In this document: positions 34,745 to 44,008 of the stretch, piece after piece
Layout of the letters: the number at the start of each line of letters is the position of its first letter
How positions within the stretch are numbered: the stretch's first letter is position 1
IMG/VR virus record: IMGVR_UViG_3300043570_004127
Coordinates: 64,001 to 128,000 of that record
Length of the DNA stretch: 64,000 nucleotides
Strand: one strand, 5' to 3'
Origin: a virus
Position numbers and translations under genes: made by a program
The notes under the pieces: model-generated
Database searches by the model: none
What the model was told of the DNA's origin: nothing
What the model saw: the letters and a program-made list of their open reading frames with translations, nothing else

Positions 34745-34912
34745 TTATTCCAGTCCTAGTAGAAACCCGAGGGCGCCAGAACAAACCCCTGCGGTAATAA
34801 AGCCCACAGGCAACGAAATGTAAAAAGCGCCAATTGTTGTCATAATTATAAATGACACCATGAGCATATTGGCAGTTCTCCGTCTAGTAAACCATTGTAG
34901 TACTTTTTTCAT
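34745..34912 (-). CDS. Small membrane protein upstream of the portal gene (55 aa, DUF1056-like position)
   Basis: Manual translation: MKKVLQWFTRRRTANMLMVSFIIMTTIGAFYISLPVGFITAGVCSGALGFLLGLE. Below the ORF track length cutoff. Confidence 0.7.
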   Translation of the reverse strand: MKKVLQWFTRRRTANMLMVSFIIMTTIGAFYISLPVGFITAGVCSGALGFLLGLE

Positions 34913-34978
34913 ACACCCACCGGTTCTGCATCTTTCATATGGTTAAATACTAGTACGAAATACGTTGATGACAGGAAC

Positions 34979-36286
34979 ATGATGACAAATTGGAACGAAG
35001 TACTCAGATACCTAGAACCCAAGAAGCCTTTGTACTGCCCTGAAGAGGCATCGATTACACAAAGAGTATTCCTTAGAACATACGACATAGAAGCCCTTTT
35101 TGGTGGTGCAGCAGGCGGAGGAAAATCGTCTGCGTTGCTGATGGCTGCTCTCCAATACGTTGATATACCTGGCTATTCTGCAATTCTTTTCAGAAGAACT
35201 TATGCCGACTTGTCTCTGCCTGGAGCCTTGATGGACCGTTTTAAGTCGTGGATTGCAATGCATGACGATGTGCACTGGAACGCAAATAGCTTCATAGCTA
35301 CCTTCCCGTCAGGCGCAAGAATTTCTTTCGGTTACCTAAACAACGTTGGCGACTATCTTCGTTACAAGGGTTCTGAATTTCAGTTTATTGGTATGGACGA
35401 GGTTACCGAAATTAGAGAATCTGATTATCGCTATCTCTTTTCTCGTCTACGTCGTCCATCAACTGGTGAATTATCAAAAGTCCCACTAAGGATGAGGACT
35501 GCGTCTAACCCTGCACCCAATTGGGTTAGACAGAGGTTTATCGTTGAGGGACGTGAGCACGGTCGGATATTCGTTCCATCCATGCTTACCGATAACCCAG
35601 GAATTGACGCTGAGTCATACCGACAGGCGCTATCCGCCCTTGACCCCATTGAGCGCAGACGGCTGGAAATGGGCGACTGGTGGGCAACTAGCCTCGGAAC
35701 GATTTTTGATAGAACAGCATTTGTCCCAATTGACCCGATAGATGTGCCACAAGTCACATCATCAGCTAGGGCTGTTAGATTCTGGGACCTTGCAGCAACC
35801 GAGCCAAGCCATTCAAACCCAAATCCCGACTGGACCGTAGGCACTTTGATGCTTTTCGACCAAGGAATCGCCTATGTCTTGGATGTCAAAAAGGCCCGAG
35901 TAAAGAACGAACGGGTTGAGCAATTAGTGGCTCAAACAGCCTATGAAGACGGCCATACGGTGACGATACGAATGGAGCAAGAACCAGGTTCGTCAGGAAA
36001 GGCCCTAATCGACCAGTATGCCCGCTACATCCTTCCAGGGTATGACTTTGGTGGAATTCGGTCTACTGGGGACAAATTAACTAGGGCACGCCCTTTTTCT
36101 GCGGCCGTAGCCAACGGTAACGTTCGGGTTGTCCAAGCCCCATGGCTATCGGATTGGCTTGATGAATTTTCTGCATTTCCAGAAGCATGCGACCACGACG
36201 ACCAGGTTGACTCTGCCGTTGGAGCTTTTACACATTTAACTGGTTTGGGGTTGCCACAGAGGAGACCAGTCTCTATAATCATCTAG
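34979..36286 (+). CDS. terL: Terminase large subunit
   Basis: Walker A GGAAGGGKS, Walker B IGMDE, TASNP; C-terminal nuclease WDLA...DWTVG...HDDQVDS. Confidence 0.95.
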   Translation: MMTNWNEVLRYLEPKKPLYCPEEASITQRVFLRTYDIEALFGGAAGGGKSSALLMAALQYVDIPGYSAILFRRTYADLSLPGALMDRFKSWIAMHDDVHWNANSFIATFPSGARISFGYLNNVGDYLRYKGSEFQFIGMDEVTEIRESDYRYLFSRLRRPSTGELSKVPLRMRTASNPAPNWVRQRFIVEGREHGRIFVPSMLTDNPGIDAESYRQALSALDPIERRRLEMGDWWATSLGTIFDRTAFVPIDPIDVPQVTSSARAVRFWDLAATEPSHSNPNPDWTVGTLMLFDQGIAYVLDVKKARVKNERVEQLVAQTAYEDGHTVTIRMEQEPGSSGKALIDQYARYILPGYDFGGIRSTGDKLTRARPFSAAVANGNVRVVQAPWLSDWLDEFSAFPEACDHDDQVDSAVGAFTHLTGLGLPQRRPVSIII

Positions 36287-36317
36287 GAAGACCTACAAAC
36301 CTAACTATTGGAGACAT

Positions 36318-36827
36318 ATGAATATTGAGGGGAAAGAAGCCTGGAATAAGGCTTTGGACGATGCAAATCGTTCATTAATGGAATTAGAGCGCGCTTTTAG
36401 CAAGCTCGGAGAAAGCAAGGACATTGAAACTGTTTGCTCCGCATTGGTAGAAGCACACCTGCTCAAAGCAAGCATGTCCGTGGCTTACGACTCTCTTTGC
36501 CACATCGTCGATGGAGTGATGGGAAGTCTCCCAGAATTCATTACAACCGATGGAAGCAAAGTTGAAAAACGAGCCGGCAATGACCGCAAGAAGTGGAGGC
36601 ACGAAGAACTTGCGCAGAACATTGCGTCACGTTTAAGCGATATGTCGGTTGATATGTCAACTGGTGAAATCACAATGACACCGCAAGAAATGGTTGTCAA
36701 ACTTCTTGACTACTGTGCGCCATCATACTGGCGAGTAAAAGAACTTGCAAAAATTGGAATTTCCGCAGATAAGTTCTGCGAGGTAGAAGAAAAAGAAGCA
36801 AGCATTATCGTACGAAAGGCTAAATAA
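36318..36827 (+). CDS. Phage protein of the recombination module, function unknown
   Basis: GGAG RBS; RKKWRHEEL...YWRVKEL...DKFCE; immediately upstream of the Rad52-like gene. Confidence 0.7.
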   Translation: MNIEGKEAWNKALDDANRSLMELERAFSKLGESKDIETVCSALVEAHLLKASMSVAYDSLCHIVDGVMGSLPEFITTDGSKVEKRAGNDRKKWRHEELAQNIASRLSDMSVDMSTGEITMTPQEMVVKLLDYCAPSYWRVKELAKIGISADKFCEVEEKEASIIVRKAK

Positions 36828-36828
36828 A

Positions 36829-37473
36829 ATGTCAGACATATACCAACAACTATCAGAGTCGTTCCCACCAGAGATGGTGCGTTCAGTTAATAAAAGTGGA
36901 ACGAATCTTCTATACATCCCAGTTACCGAAGTAACCAACCGTCTCAATAAGGTTCTCGGTGTTGGGAAGTGGTCGCGCGAGGTAATCAAGTGTGAACGCG
37001 ACGCAATTGATACTGACTGGATTATGGCTCATGTCCGCATTACTTGGCTTGCAACGGATGAGCACCCAGCCGTATCTCGCGATGGAATTGATGCAGCAAA
37101 GATTATGCGCACCAAGCAAGGTCAGATTGTCGACCTTGGCGATGCGTACAAGAGTGCAGAGTCAAACGCGTTCAAGAAAGCAGCCCAAAGCCTTGGTGTC
37201 GGTTTGTACTTATCTCGTACTGACGACGCAATCGAAATCGAACAAGCAATGGATGCTGTTCCAGCAAATGCTGATGCTCATCCAATTTGGGACAACTTCA
37301 TTGGTATTAGCAAGAAATTCAATGCTGAGCAAAAAGCCGAACTCCGCTCCAAGTGGAGCGAATGGAGTGGTGGAAAAGCCGTTCCAACAAAAGACACGGT
37401 GACATCTGCAGAGGCTGATTTCCTTCATGTTGAAGCAGTTGCGATTGCTTTCTCCGAAAAGAAGAAAGACTAA
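36829..37473 (+). CDS. Rad52/Rad22-family single-strand annealing protein (Sak-like)
   Basis: YIPVTEVTNRLNKVLGVGKWS...KSAESNAFKKAAQSLGVGLYL. Confidence 0.85.
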   Translation: MSDIYQQLSESFPPEMVRSVNKSGTNLLYIPVTEVTNRLNKVLGVGKWSREVIKCERDAIDTDWIMAHVRITWLATDEHPAVSRDGIDAAKIMRTKQGQIVDLGDAYKSAESNAFKKAAQSLGVGLYLSRTDDAIEIEQAMDAVPANADAHPIWDNFIGISKKFNAEQKAELRSKWSEWSGGKAVPTKDTVTSAEADFLHVEAVAIAFSEKKKD

Positions 37474-37475
37474 AC

Positions 37476-38264
37476 GTGACAACGGAGTTGAATCCACTCC
37501 CACCACACCTTTCAGCATCATCTATTGGGACATTCCAACAATGTCCGCTACGTTTCAAGTTGTCGCGAATCGATAAGATTTCGGAACCGCCAACCCAGCA
37601 GACGTTGATGGGGAATTTTGTTCACGACACCCTTGAGTATTTCTACAACACATATCAACCAGAAGACCGCTCGCTTTCTAACGCGCAACATTCTGCTCGA
37701 TTTGTTTGGGAATCATCTGGATGGGTGGAACGTGTAACGCCGTATCTTCGGACATTATCTATAAATGACTTCCGATGGAATTCATGGTGGTGTATCGAGA
37801 ATCTTTTCGGACTTGAAAACCCTGGGATAATTCATCCTCGTGGAGTTGAGTTTGAGGTCAACGGTGCAATCAATGGAGTTGTAATCAAGGGTTTTATTGA
37901 CCGCTGGATACATGACGAAGACAAAATAACCATCAGTGATTACAAGACTGGAAAAGTTCCATCTTCGCGCTACATGGAAGGTAAGTTTTTTCAGTTGGTC
38001 CTTTATTCCCTGCTCCTCAAGGAGATGGGGATTACATCAGAAAACACAGAACTTGAATTGCTCTATCTAAAAGATGGGGTTCGTAAGACCAATAAGCCAA
38101 AAGAAATTGATTATGAGTCAGCAATAAACTTAATAACAACGGTAAAAAGGGAGATAGACCAAGCTTATGAAGACAACAAATGGCCAGCTGTTCCGTCGCG
38201 ACTCTGCGACTGGTGCGTTTACAAATCAAGTATCTGCAGCCATTGGAACAAAAAAAATGAATGA
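37476..38264 (+). CDS. PD-(D/E)XK RecB/Cas4-like exonuclease
   Basis: LSASSI...QCP...KGFIDR...DYKTGK...QLVLY...CDWC...C. Confidence 0.9.
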   Translation: MTTELNPLPPHLSASSIGTFQQCPLRFKLSRIDKISEPPTQQTLMGNFVHDTLEYFYNTYQPEDRSLSNAQHSARFVWESSGWVERVTPYLRTLSINDFRWNSWWCIENLFGLENPGIIHPRGVEFEVNGAINGVVIKGFIDRWIHDEDKITISDYKTGKVPSSRYMEGKFFQLVLYSLLLKEMGITSENTELELLYLKDGVRKTNKPKEIDYESAINLITTVKREIDQAYEDNKWPAVPSRLCDWCVYKSSICSHWNKKNE

Positions 38265-38748
38265 TGAGACTTTTGCTCGGATTGTCGCAGAAGATGTAAA
38301 AAACAACGTAACCGAAAGCCAGCGAGAATATTTGATGCTCCCACAGAATCGGGCACGCTGGAAGTTTGCATTAAAAGTCTTGTCCGAAAATATCAGTTCA
38401 CAAATAAAGGACATCAACGCAGACAAGGAGGCCGACAGTATTCGTTATTCGGCACTTGGTTCGCAGGGGAAGTCGATGCTTGTCGAATCAGGTGCTGCCT
38501 ATGACGCGAAGCTCAATAAGATTAGTCGCTTCATGTTCTACGTTGAAAGCCGTCTTAATTTTGTAGAAAACCTCGTTGAGGATGAGTCTGAGATGTCTCG
38601 AAAAGAGCTCTTAGAAGCAGCAATTCACAAGTATCTTGAGATGCTTGATGAGATGGACTTTGAACGCACCGAACTTGACGATGCACTTGAGCACGCATTG
38701 ATTAACAACTCCCTATCTGCGTTTGACTCAGTTACACTTGAAGAGTGA
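38257..38748 (+). CDS. Hypothetical helical protein
   Basis: Likely start MNDETF at 38257, overlapping the end of the previous gene. Confidence 0.7.
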   Translation: MNDETFARIVAEDVKNNVTESQREYLMLPQNRARWKFALKVLSENISSQIKDINADKEADSIRYSALGSQGKSMLVESGAAYDAKLNKISRFMFYVESRLNFVENLVEDESEMSRKELLEAAIHKYLEMLDEMDFERTELDDALEHALINNSLSAFDSVTLEE

Positions 38749-39047
38749 GATATAGGTCAAAGAAAAAAGAAGAAGAGTACAAACTACGAAGACCTCTCGT
38801 TATTCGCTTGCTCGAAGAGCGACCATGGTGCGAGGCATGTTCAAAATTTGCCGAACACGATGAAGTTGTTACCTATACAAGAAACAGAAGCAGCGACATA
38901 CATGAAATTATTCGTCGTTCACAGGGCGGCTCGATACTCGATGAAGAGAATCTCATGTCGGTATGTAGGCCGTGCCACATGAGAATCGGAAACTATCCGC
39001 AGTTGGCTTTTGACCTAGGTCTGGCTAAGCACGGCTGGGAGCGTTAG
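38745..39047 (+). CDS. HNH-family endonuclease-like protein
   Basis: CEAC...DIHEIIRRSQGG...NLMSVCRPCH. Confidence 0.8.
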   Translation: MRYRSKKKEEEYKLRRPLVIRLLEERPWCEACSKFAEHDEVVTYTRNRSSDIHEIIRRSQGGSILDEENLMSVCRPCHMRIGNYPQLAFDLGLAKHGWER

Positions 39048-39076
39048 GTTTTAACTAGCTAAGAGTTTTTGGGTAT

Positions 39077-39115
39077 AAAAAAACCACCTCACCCACTAGT
39101 GATGAGGTGGTTTTT
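39077..39115. terminator. Bidirectional rho-independent terminator
   Basis: AAAAACCACCTCA ... TGAGGTGGTTTTT inverted repeat with A and T tails, between convergent genes. Confidence 0.8.
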
Positions 39116-39129
39116 GTTAAAGGGTTTAT

Positions 39130-39480
39130 TTAGCCTTGGATTACGGTGAATGCAACTGTCATGTTTGAACCAGCAGTGCCGGAACCGACAGCCGATACGT
39201 CAAGGCTGACAAGAGCGCCTTGTGTGAAATCGCAGTTGGCTGCAGTAAGCGTGCCTTCGTCTGAAGTTCCTGCAGCTGCGATTGAGAACGCTGCTGCTAC
39301 ATCAGAACCGACTTTAAGGTCTGCGGTAAGTGCTGAACCTGCTGGTGCTGTGGTTACGGCTACGTAAGCGCCGGTGATTCTGCCAGCAAACGGCATGGCC
39401 ATTGTGACGATGCTGCTGGTTGACAATCCACCAGCAATGTTCATTGTGATGGTTGTTGGTGCGAGTACTGCTGTTGACAT
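39130..39480 (-). CDS. Small Ala/Thr/Gly-rich beta-sandwich structural protein (capsid decoration-like)
   Basis: Start MSTAVL at 39480 with an AGGAG RBS. The VTTAPAGSALTADLKV...VSLDVSAVGSGTAGSNMTV pattern is typical of phage structural beta domains. Confidence 0.6.
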   Translation of the reverse strand: MSTAVLAPTTITMNIAGGLSTSSIVTMAMPFAGRITGAYVAVTTAPAGSALTADLKVGSDVAAAFSIAAAGTSDEGTLTAANCDFTQGALVSLDVSAVGSGTAGSNMTVAFTVIQG

Positions 39481-39622
39481 TTTTTCTCCTATGTATAAAT
39501 GGGGTACGCGAAAAAGTATACACCAAACAATCTTGACCAAAGGAGAATAAAAAAAAACGTTTATTTTACGTGAGTGAAAAATGTTGCGGGTGTATTGTTG
39601 TAATCCTTAGGACCGTTATAGG

Positions 39623-39667
39623 CGCGAAAGTCGGGTGGGGAAACTCACTCGGCTTTTGCGTTTTTTT
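39623..39667 (+). terminator. 17-bp G.U-rich hairpin with GAAA tetraloop and U-tract (terminator or 3' end of a small RNA)
   Basis: CGCGAAAGTCGGGTGGG-GAAA-CTCACTCGGCTTTTGCG followed by T7. Full pairing needs G.U wobbles, so it forms on the + strand RNA. Confidence 0.7.
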
Positions 39668-39702
39668 GTTTTACAAACACCATAAAGCTATTTACTTTCG
39701 TA

Positions 39703-39867
39703 AGGCATCGCTGAGTGTTACTCTGAAATCCTCTAGCCGGTAGCCGTTTCCAAGGGAAGAAAGGCAGGTGGTCAAAGAGTCTAGTGATTTTTCACGGCAA
39801 AACAATTCCTCTATGCTCCGAGGACATTGGAAACCCGCCTGATGCTAGAGGTCAGGCGGGTCTTTGC
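39703..39867 (+). ncRNA. Candidate structured non-coding RNA
   Basis: ORF-free region with several hairpins. It ends in ACCCGCCTGA/TCAGGCGGGT, whose loop GCTAGAGG is complementary to CCTCTAGC at 39730-39737. Confidence 0.35.
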
Positions 39868-39876
39868 TGTACGGGG

Positions 39877-39891
39877 TAGTATTCGTCTGTG
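39877..39891 (+). promoter_or_regulatory. Putative leaderless promoter (-10 TAGTAT, 6 nt before GTG)
   Basis: TAGTAT-TCGTCT-GTG with no clear Shine-Dalgarno. Confidence 0.5.
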
Positions 39892-40404
39892 AAACTACTT
39901 GGACTAGACCTTTCTCTCACTTCTACTGGGTACTGTTTCGACGGTGAGAGCGGCGTTATCGCCACTGGCCTTTTAGGGACCGAACGTCTCGAAGCAGTAA
40001 AAGATGATATTTCGAATTTATTATTAGCTAATAAAATTGATTGTGTTCTTCTTGAAGGCTACTCATTTGCGTCTCGTAGCGGGCAAGCGTTTTCTATTGG
40101 TGAGCTAGGTGGAGTTATTAGACTTTTGATACACAATCTAGGGATAAATCTCATAGAGATACCCCCAACATGTAGGGCCAAGTTTGCAACAGGAAAAGGG
40201 AACGCCTCCAAGAATGAGGTTATCTCAGCAATATCTGCCCGAACCGGAATCGTGTGGGGGAATCCTGGCGCTGATGATAAATGTGATGCTTGGATTCTTG
40301 AAGAGATGGGTCTTGCTCGTCTCGGCAAACAAAGATATTCTTGGCCAGACGTAAACATGTCTGCTCTGGAGAAGATAGATTGGACTCCTCTCGAAGGGAA
40401 TTAA
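39889..40404 (+). CDS. RuvC-like Holliday junction resolvase
   Basis: LLGLDLSLTSTG...LLEGYSF...ELGG...FATGKGNASK...DDKCDA. Confidence 0.85.
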   Translation: MKLLGLDLSLTSTGYCFDGESGVIATGLLGTERLEAVKDDISNLLLANKIDCVLLEGYSFASRSGQAFSIGELGGVIRLLIHNLGINLIEIPPTCRAKFATGKGNASKNEVISAISARTGIVWGNPGADDKCDAWILEEMGLARLGKQRYSWPDVNMSALEKIDWTPLEGN

Positions 40405-40407
40405 TAC

Positions 40408-40746
40408 GTGGACCGCAGCAAACCGATTAGCCAAGTTGACATCGAGCAAGAGCTTCTTCGCCTGATGGATATTTTGGAAAACGAAACAGAAGCATTCGAA
40501 CAACTCGCTGTTGATGCAGCCAAAAAAGAAGCAATGTTCAAGGGTGAATGGGCAAAGCAATACCTTTCCGCAAAGGGTTCAATCAAAGAGCGTGAAGCAT
40601 GGTCGGACTACAAGCTTGCAGACCAGATATTGGATTACAAAATCGCAGAAGGCCTCGTAAAAGCAAAGCGTGAAAAACTTCTTTCATTACGTACGAGCAT
40701 CGATGCACTGCGCACACTGAACGCAAACGTGCGAGCACAAGTATGA
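40408..40746 (+). CDS. Coiled-coil protein (possibly a UvsY-like recombination mediator)
   Basis: Helical ORF ending AKREKLLSLRTSIDALRTLNANVR; next to the resolvase. Confidence 0.5.
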   Translation: MDRSKPISQVDIEQELLRLMDILENETEAFEQLAVDAAKKEAMFKGEWAKQYLSAKGSIKEREAWSDYKLADQILDYKIAEGLVKAKREKLLSLRTSIDALRTLNANVRAQV

Positions 40747-41309
40747 GTAAAAAGTATGTAGGACCAGAGTCTATTTCAATTGATGTAAAAACCCTGAACG
40801 AACCGGAGTGGCGAGCCACACATGTTCTCAAACCAGACCTGGAATTACTCCAACAATCAGTAGTTGATTACGGTCTCCTATCACCAATCATCGTCCAAAA
40901 AAAAACACTGCAAATAATCGACGGTTATCATCGTTGGATTATTTTCCGTTCTAATAAAGAAATCATGTCACGACATGAGGGGAAGATTCCTGCTCTCATC
41001 TTTGACATCGACGAGATAGATGCAATGATGATGCACCTGCGGCTAAACCGAGGGCGTGGGAACATATTTGCCAATAACATGTCAAGAATTATCAAAGATG
41101 TCTATTACAGCGAGAAGTATGACATCAACGAAATCCAAGAACTTTTGAACATGAACGTCATTGAAGCAGACATGATGCTCGATGGCTCACTCTTAAAGAG
41201 TAGAAAAGTCAAGGACCATACGTACTCAAAAGCATGGGTTCCAATTGAGGTTCCATCTGGCAAAGTAGAGAAAGCAGTTCTTGAACGACCTCCAAACGTT
41301 GACCGCTAG
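40743..41309 (+). CDS. ParB/Srx-like domain protein
   Basis: YGLLSPIIV...IIDGYHRW...LNRGRG. Confidence 0.85.
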   Translation: MSKKYVGPESISIDVKTLNEPEWRATHVLKPDLELLQQSVVDYGLLSPIIVQKKTLQIIDGYHRWIIFRSNKEIMSRHEGKIPALIFDIDEIDAMMMHLRLNRGRGNIFANNMSRIIKDVYYSEKYDINEIQELLNMNVIEADMMLDGSLLKSRKVKDHTYSKAWVPIEVPSGKVEKAVLERPPNVDR

Positions 41310-41364
41310 CAGACGTAAGTAAAATGGTGTAAACTTTGGTAAAACTTGTCCACAGTGAGGTTTT

Positions 41365-41544
41365 ATGCCAACACCAAGCAATGCAACCGATAGCGAACTA
41401 ACGCCTCCTACAAGAGCAAGAATTTTGCCATCCCGAGACAGGAATCAGCGTCCTAGTTTTTTGCGTCGCGCTGCGGCTTCAGGCCTAAATCGTCTAGCTA
41501 ATATTGTTTCGCCACAGCAGCGGCCAGCCGCTGGCACAGCGTAA
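41365..41544 (+). CDS. Small basic protein (59 aa)
   Basis: GAGG RBS; manual translation MPTPSNATDSELTPPTRARILPSRDRNQRPSFLRRAAASGLNRLANIVSPQQRPAAGTA. Confidence 0.55.
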   Translation: MPTPSNATDSELTPPTRARILPSRDRNQRPSFLRRAAASGLNRLANIVSPQQRPAAGTA

Positions 41545-41557
41545 AAGGTAATTCTAC

Positions 41558-42433
41558 ATGCTCGATACAACGGAAATGCTCGTTTCCGACAATGACCTCA
41601 GCATATATATGGATATATCTTTTTCCATGCGTCAGAAGGACGCGGCGGAGTTTGTCCTAAAGGGTCTACAGATGGAATTAGAAGCTTACCTAGGTAGGCC
41701 GGTAAGGCCTCAGGATTTTACGGAGAGCCATGTCATACCAAGCTCCTACGTTGGAATTCCTGCAACATCCTTCTTCTATGATTCAAGTCTTAACTCAACT
41801 GGGGAGAGCCTTAATTATTTAATGCCCGCAATAAATATTTCCTTGAGGAATACTCCAGTTATTAAAGTGACAGAAGTTAAGTTTAGAAATATTGCTGCCC
41901 CATATCAATTAATGGGCGAAGCTGTGACCCGTACCTGCGACATAACCGCCGCTCAACAAACTTCTGCATCAGTAACATACACATCGACCGGACACAGTCT
42001 AACGGTTGGTCAAACAGTGTCGATTAAAAACACAACTCCCTCAACATACAATCTTTCAAATAAACAGATAGTCTCCATAACATCAAATACTTTTACAGTT
42101 GCTGAAGTTGTTGGTTCGCTCGGTACTTATGTTAGTGGTGGTGTTGCAACAGCAACAGGAAATGATTATGTCGTTCATCGTTACGGTCTTGAGCTTTTTA
42201 GGGGATTTGCCAACGATATAGTTGATGTCACTTATCGCGGAGGCCTCGAAGGCGACATACAGGAAATGTTCAAGCTAATGATTCTTCGCGCTGCAACACG
42301 TGAAATGCAAAACATGCATGACGACGTTGTTGGTATAAAAGATTTGAATTCCAGGAACGTTGCTCCGCTTGAGACTGGATTCCTGGAAAAAGAACTAAAT
42401 GCTATGAAAACTTACAGGCGAAGAAGAATTTAA
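41558..42433 (+). CDS. Head-tail adaptor/connector with an inserted beta domain
   Basis: LEAYLGRPV...LRNTPVIKV...VDVTYRGG pattern; first gene of the neck/tail block. Confidence 0.7.
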   Translation: MLDTTEMLVSDNDLSIYMDISFSMRQKDAAEFVLKGLQMELEAYLGRPVRPQDFTESHVIPSSYVGIPATSFFYDSSLNSTGESLNYLMPAINISLRNTPVIKVTEVKFRNIAAPYQLMGEAVTRTCDITAAQQTSASVTYTSTGHSLTVGQTVSIKNTTPSTYNLSNKQIVSITSNTFTVAEVVGSLGTYVSGGVATATGNDYVVHRYGLELFRGFANDIVDVTYRGGLEGDIQEMFKLMILRAATREMQNMHDDVVGIKDLNSRNVAPLETGFLEKELNAMKTYRRRRI

Positions 42434-42894
42434 TGGCTGAAACAGAAATCAAAATCTCCACACGGGGACTGGGGTCGATGATTGCTAGCCTAGAAAAAAA
42501 AATAGTTAGAGCACAGGATTTTGCTCCAATTTTTCCAAAGGCAAAGGCAGAAATTGCTTTATCAACTGCCGCAAACTTTACATCCAATGGTCTCTTGGTT
42601 GGCGGGTGGTCTCCTCTTGACGCACAGTACGGCGCCTGGAAGATGACTCGTTTTCCCGGAGCACCACCAATGGTTCGTACTGGAAGATTGTTTGCAAGTT
42701 TGACATCTCAGAATATGGCGTCTGTAAACATTGCCCCAAAATCATTTACCATTGGGACAAACGTCGAGTATGCAAAGTTTCACCAATATGGAACTTCCAA
42801 AATGGCAAAGAGAAAAATACTTTTTGTTCCTGCGGAGTTTTCTGCAAAGTTTGCAAACGATGCCGCCAAATGGGTTAACTCAGGAAACATCTAA
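42433..42894 (+). CDS. Virion morphogenesis / neck protein (Mu gpG-like)
   Basis: VRTGRLFASL...IGTNVEYAKFHQYGTSKMAKR. Confidence 0.8.
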   Translation: MAETEIKISTRGLGSMIASLEKKIVRAQDFAPIFPKAKAEIALSTAANFTSNGLLVGGWSPLDAQYGAWKMTRFPGAPPMVRTGRLFASLTSQNMASVNIAPKSFTIGTNVEYAKFHQYGTSKMAKRKILFVPAEFSAKFANDAAKWVNSGNI

Positions 42895-43541
42895 TGGAAC
42901 CAGCCGAGTTGATGTATGGGGCTCAGTTTGCAAAAAAGTTTGTAACCGACTACCTAAAAACCGATATCCCAAATCGATTGGTCATGTACAGAAACGGCTG
43001 GAACCTTGACGACATTGTTCTACCCAATCCTGAATCATATTTGACATATGAGCCTCTTGCCCTTGATGCGTGGCCCACGATAATTACAGTGGTTCTTTCA
43101 ACCAAGACCTTCGATAGGCGTGGTTTTGCAAATGGCCTAGACCCTCTTTATAGAGTTGTATACGGTATGAGAACATACGTATGGGTCCGCACGGAGGGTT
43201 CTGAGCAGACAACCGATATGCGCGACAGATTGACCACCGTTGTCCGCTCCGCACTCCTTGACTACCCGTGCCTTCAGAGGGATGGGGCTGACAGGGAGGC
43301 AATGATTGACGAATCTACGGTTGGCGAAGAATTTTCGGATTTAACCCTTCTCAAAGGTGACAGAGTTCTTGCGGGAGCATATATCGCCTACGACCTAGCA
43401 ATAGACGAAGTCATAGCCAGACAGAATATTGCCGATGAAGTGACGAGATTTGAATTTGAGGTGGGACAAAACCCACTCTCTACGGCGATTTCCGGAATCA
43501 CAAACTTTGACGGAACTCCGGTTTCTATATCTGCAGACTGA
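42894..43541 (+). CDS. Probable tail terminator/completion protein
   Basis: Size and position between the neck and sheath genes. Confidence 0.55.
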   Translation: MEPAELMYGAQFAKKFVTDYLKTDIPNRLVMYRNGWNLDDIVLPNPESYLTYEPLALDAWPTIITVVLSTKTFDRRGFANGLDPLYRVVYGMRTYVWVRTEGSEQTTDMRDRLTTVVRSALLDYPCLQRDGADREAMIDESTVGEEFSDLTLLKGDRVLAGAYIAYDLAIDEVIARQNIADEVTRFEFEVGQNPLSTAISGITNFDGTPVSISAD

Positions 43542-43542
43542 C

Positions 43543-43908
43543 ATGGACGATAGTTTCTTTCAACCACTAGACAACTATACAGAAAAACTGGATAGCTCAT
43601 ATTCCGACTGCGTCCAAATACAGAATTTATCTGGGGGAATACTTCAGGCCGTAGAGGGCATTTATATGAGAAACTATTCATTCGGACTTGTTTCTAAAAG
43701 CAACAAGAATATCGAAAAGTTTTTAAAGCAAAGAAAAATAAAAGTCTATGAATTCTCTGTGGTGAAAGCTGCAAAGAAAAAGAAAACTGAAGAAAAAAAG
43801 AAGATTGAGATGCCCCCAGCAGAAAAATCAGGACAAAGCATTGACATCGGTAATTTAACAGCACTATTTACCAAAGAAGAAAGCAACAAAAATCAAGACG
43901 AGATTTAA
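43543..43908 (+). CDS. Hypothetical Lys-rich protein upstream of the sheath gene
   Basis: Likely start MDDSFF at 43543. Confidence 0.55.
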   Translation: MDDSFFQPLDNYTEKLDSSYSDCVQIQNLSGGILQAVEGIYMRNYSFGLVSKSNKNIEKFLKQRKIKVYEFSVVKAAKKKKTEEKKKIEMPPAEKSGQSIDIGNLTALFTKEESNKNQDEI

Positions 43909-44008
43909 GCGTTCCGGTTAAAACGTACGCCAAAATCAAGCTGCGAGTAGTTATACTCTCAGTAGTCTCATAACAAATAGTTCCGATTTAAATGGGACGG
44001 AGGAAACA

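Noticed and set aside
37476-38264. Cas4-like gene as part of a CRISPR system
   Set aside because: No array or other cas genes were seen; the context is a Rad52-type recombination module.
39130-39480. RITGAY in the decoration-like protein as another junction motif
   Set aside because: It lacks the invariant Met and lies within a predicted beta strand of a small single-domain protein.
39708-39730. Hammerhead ribozyme (CTGA...GAAA)
   Set aside because: The core reads CTGAGTG rather than CUGANGA, and the required stems and cleavage triplet were not found.
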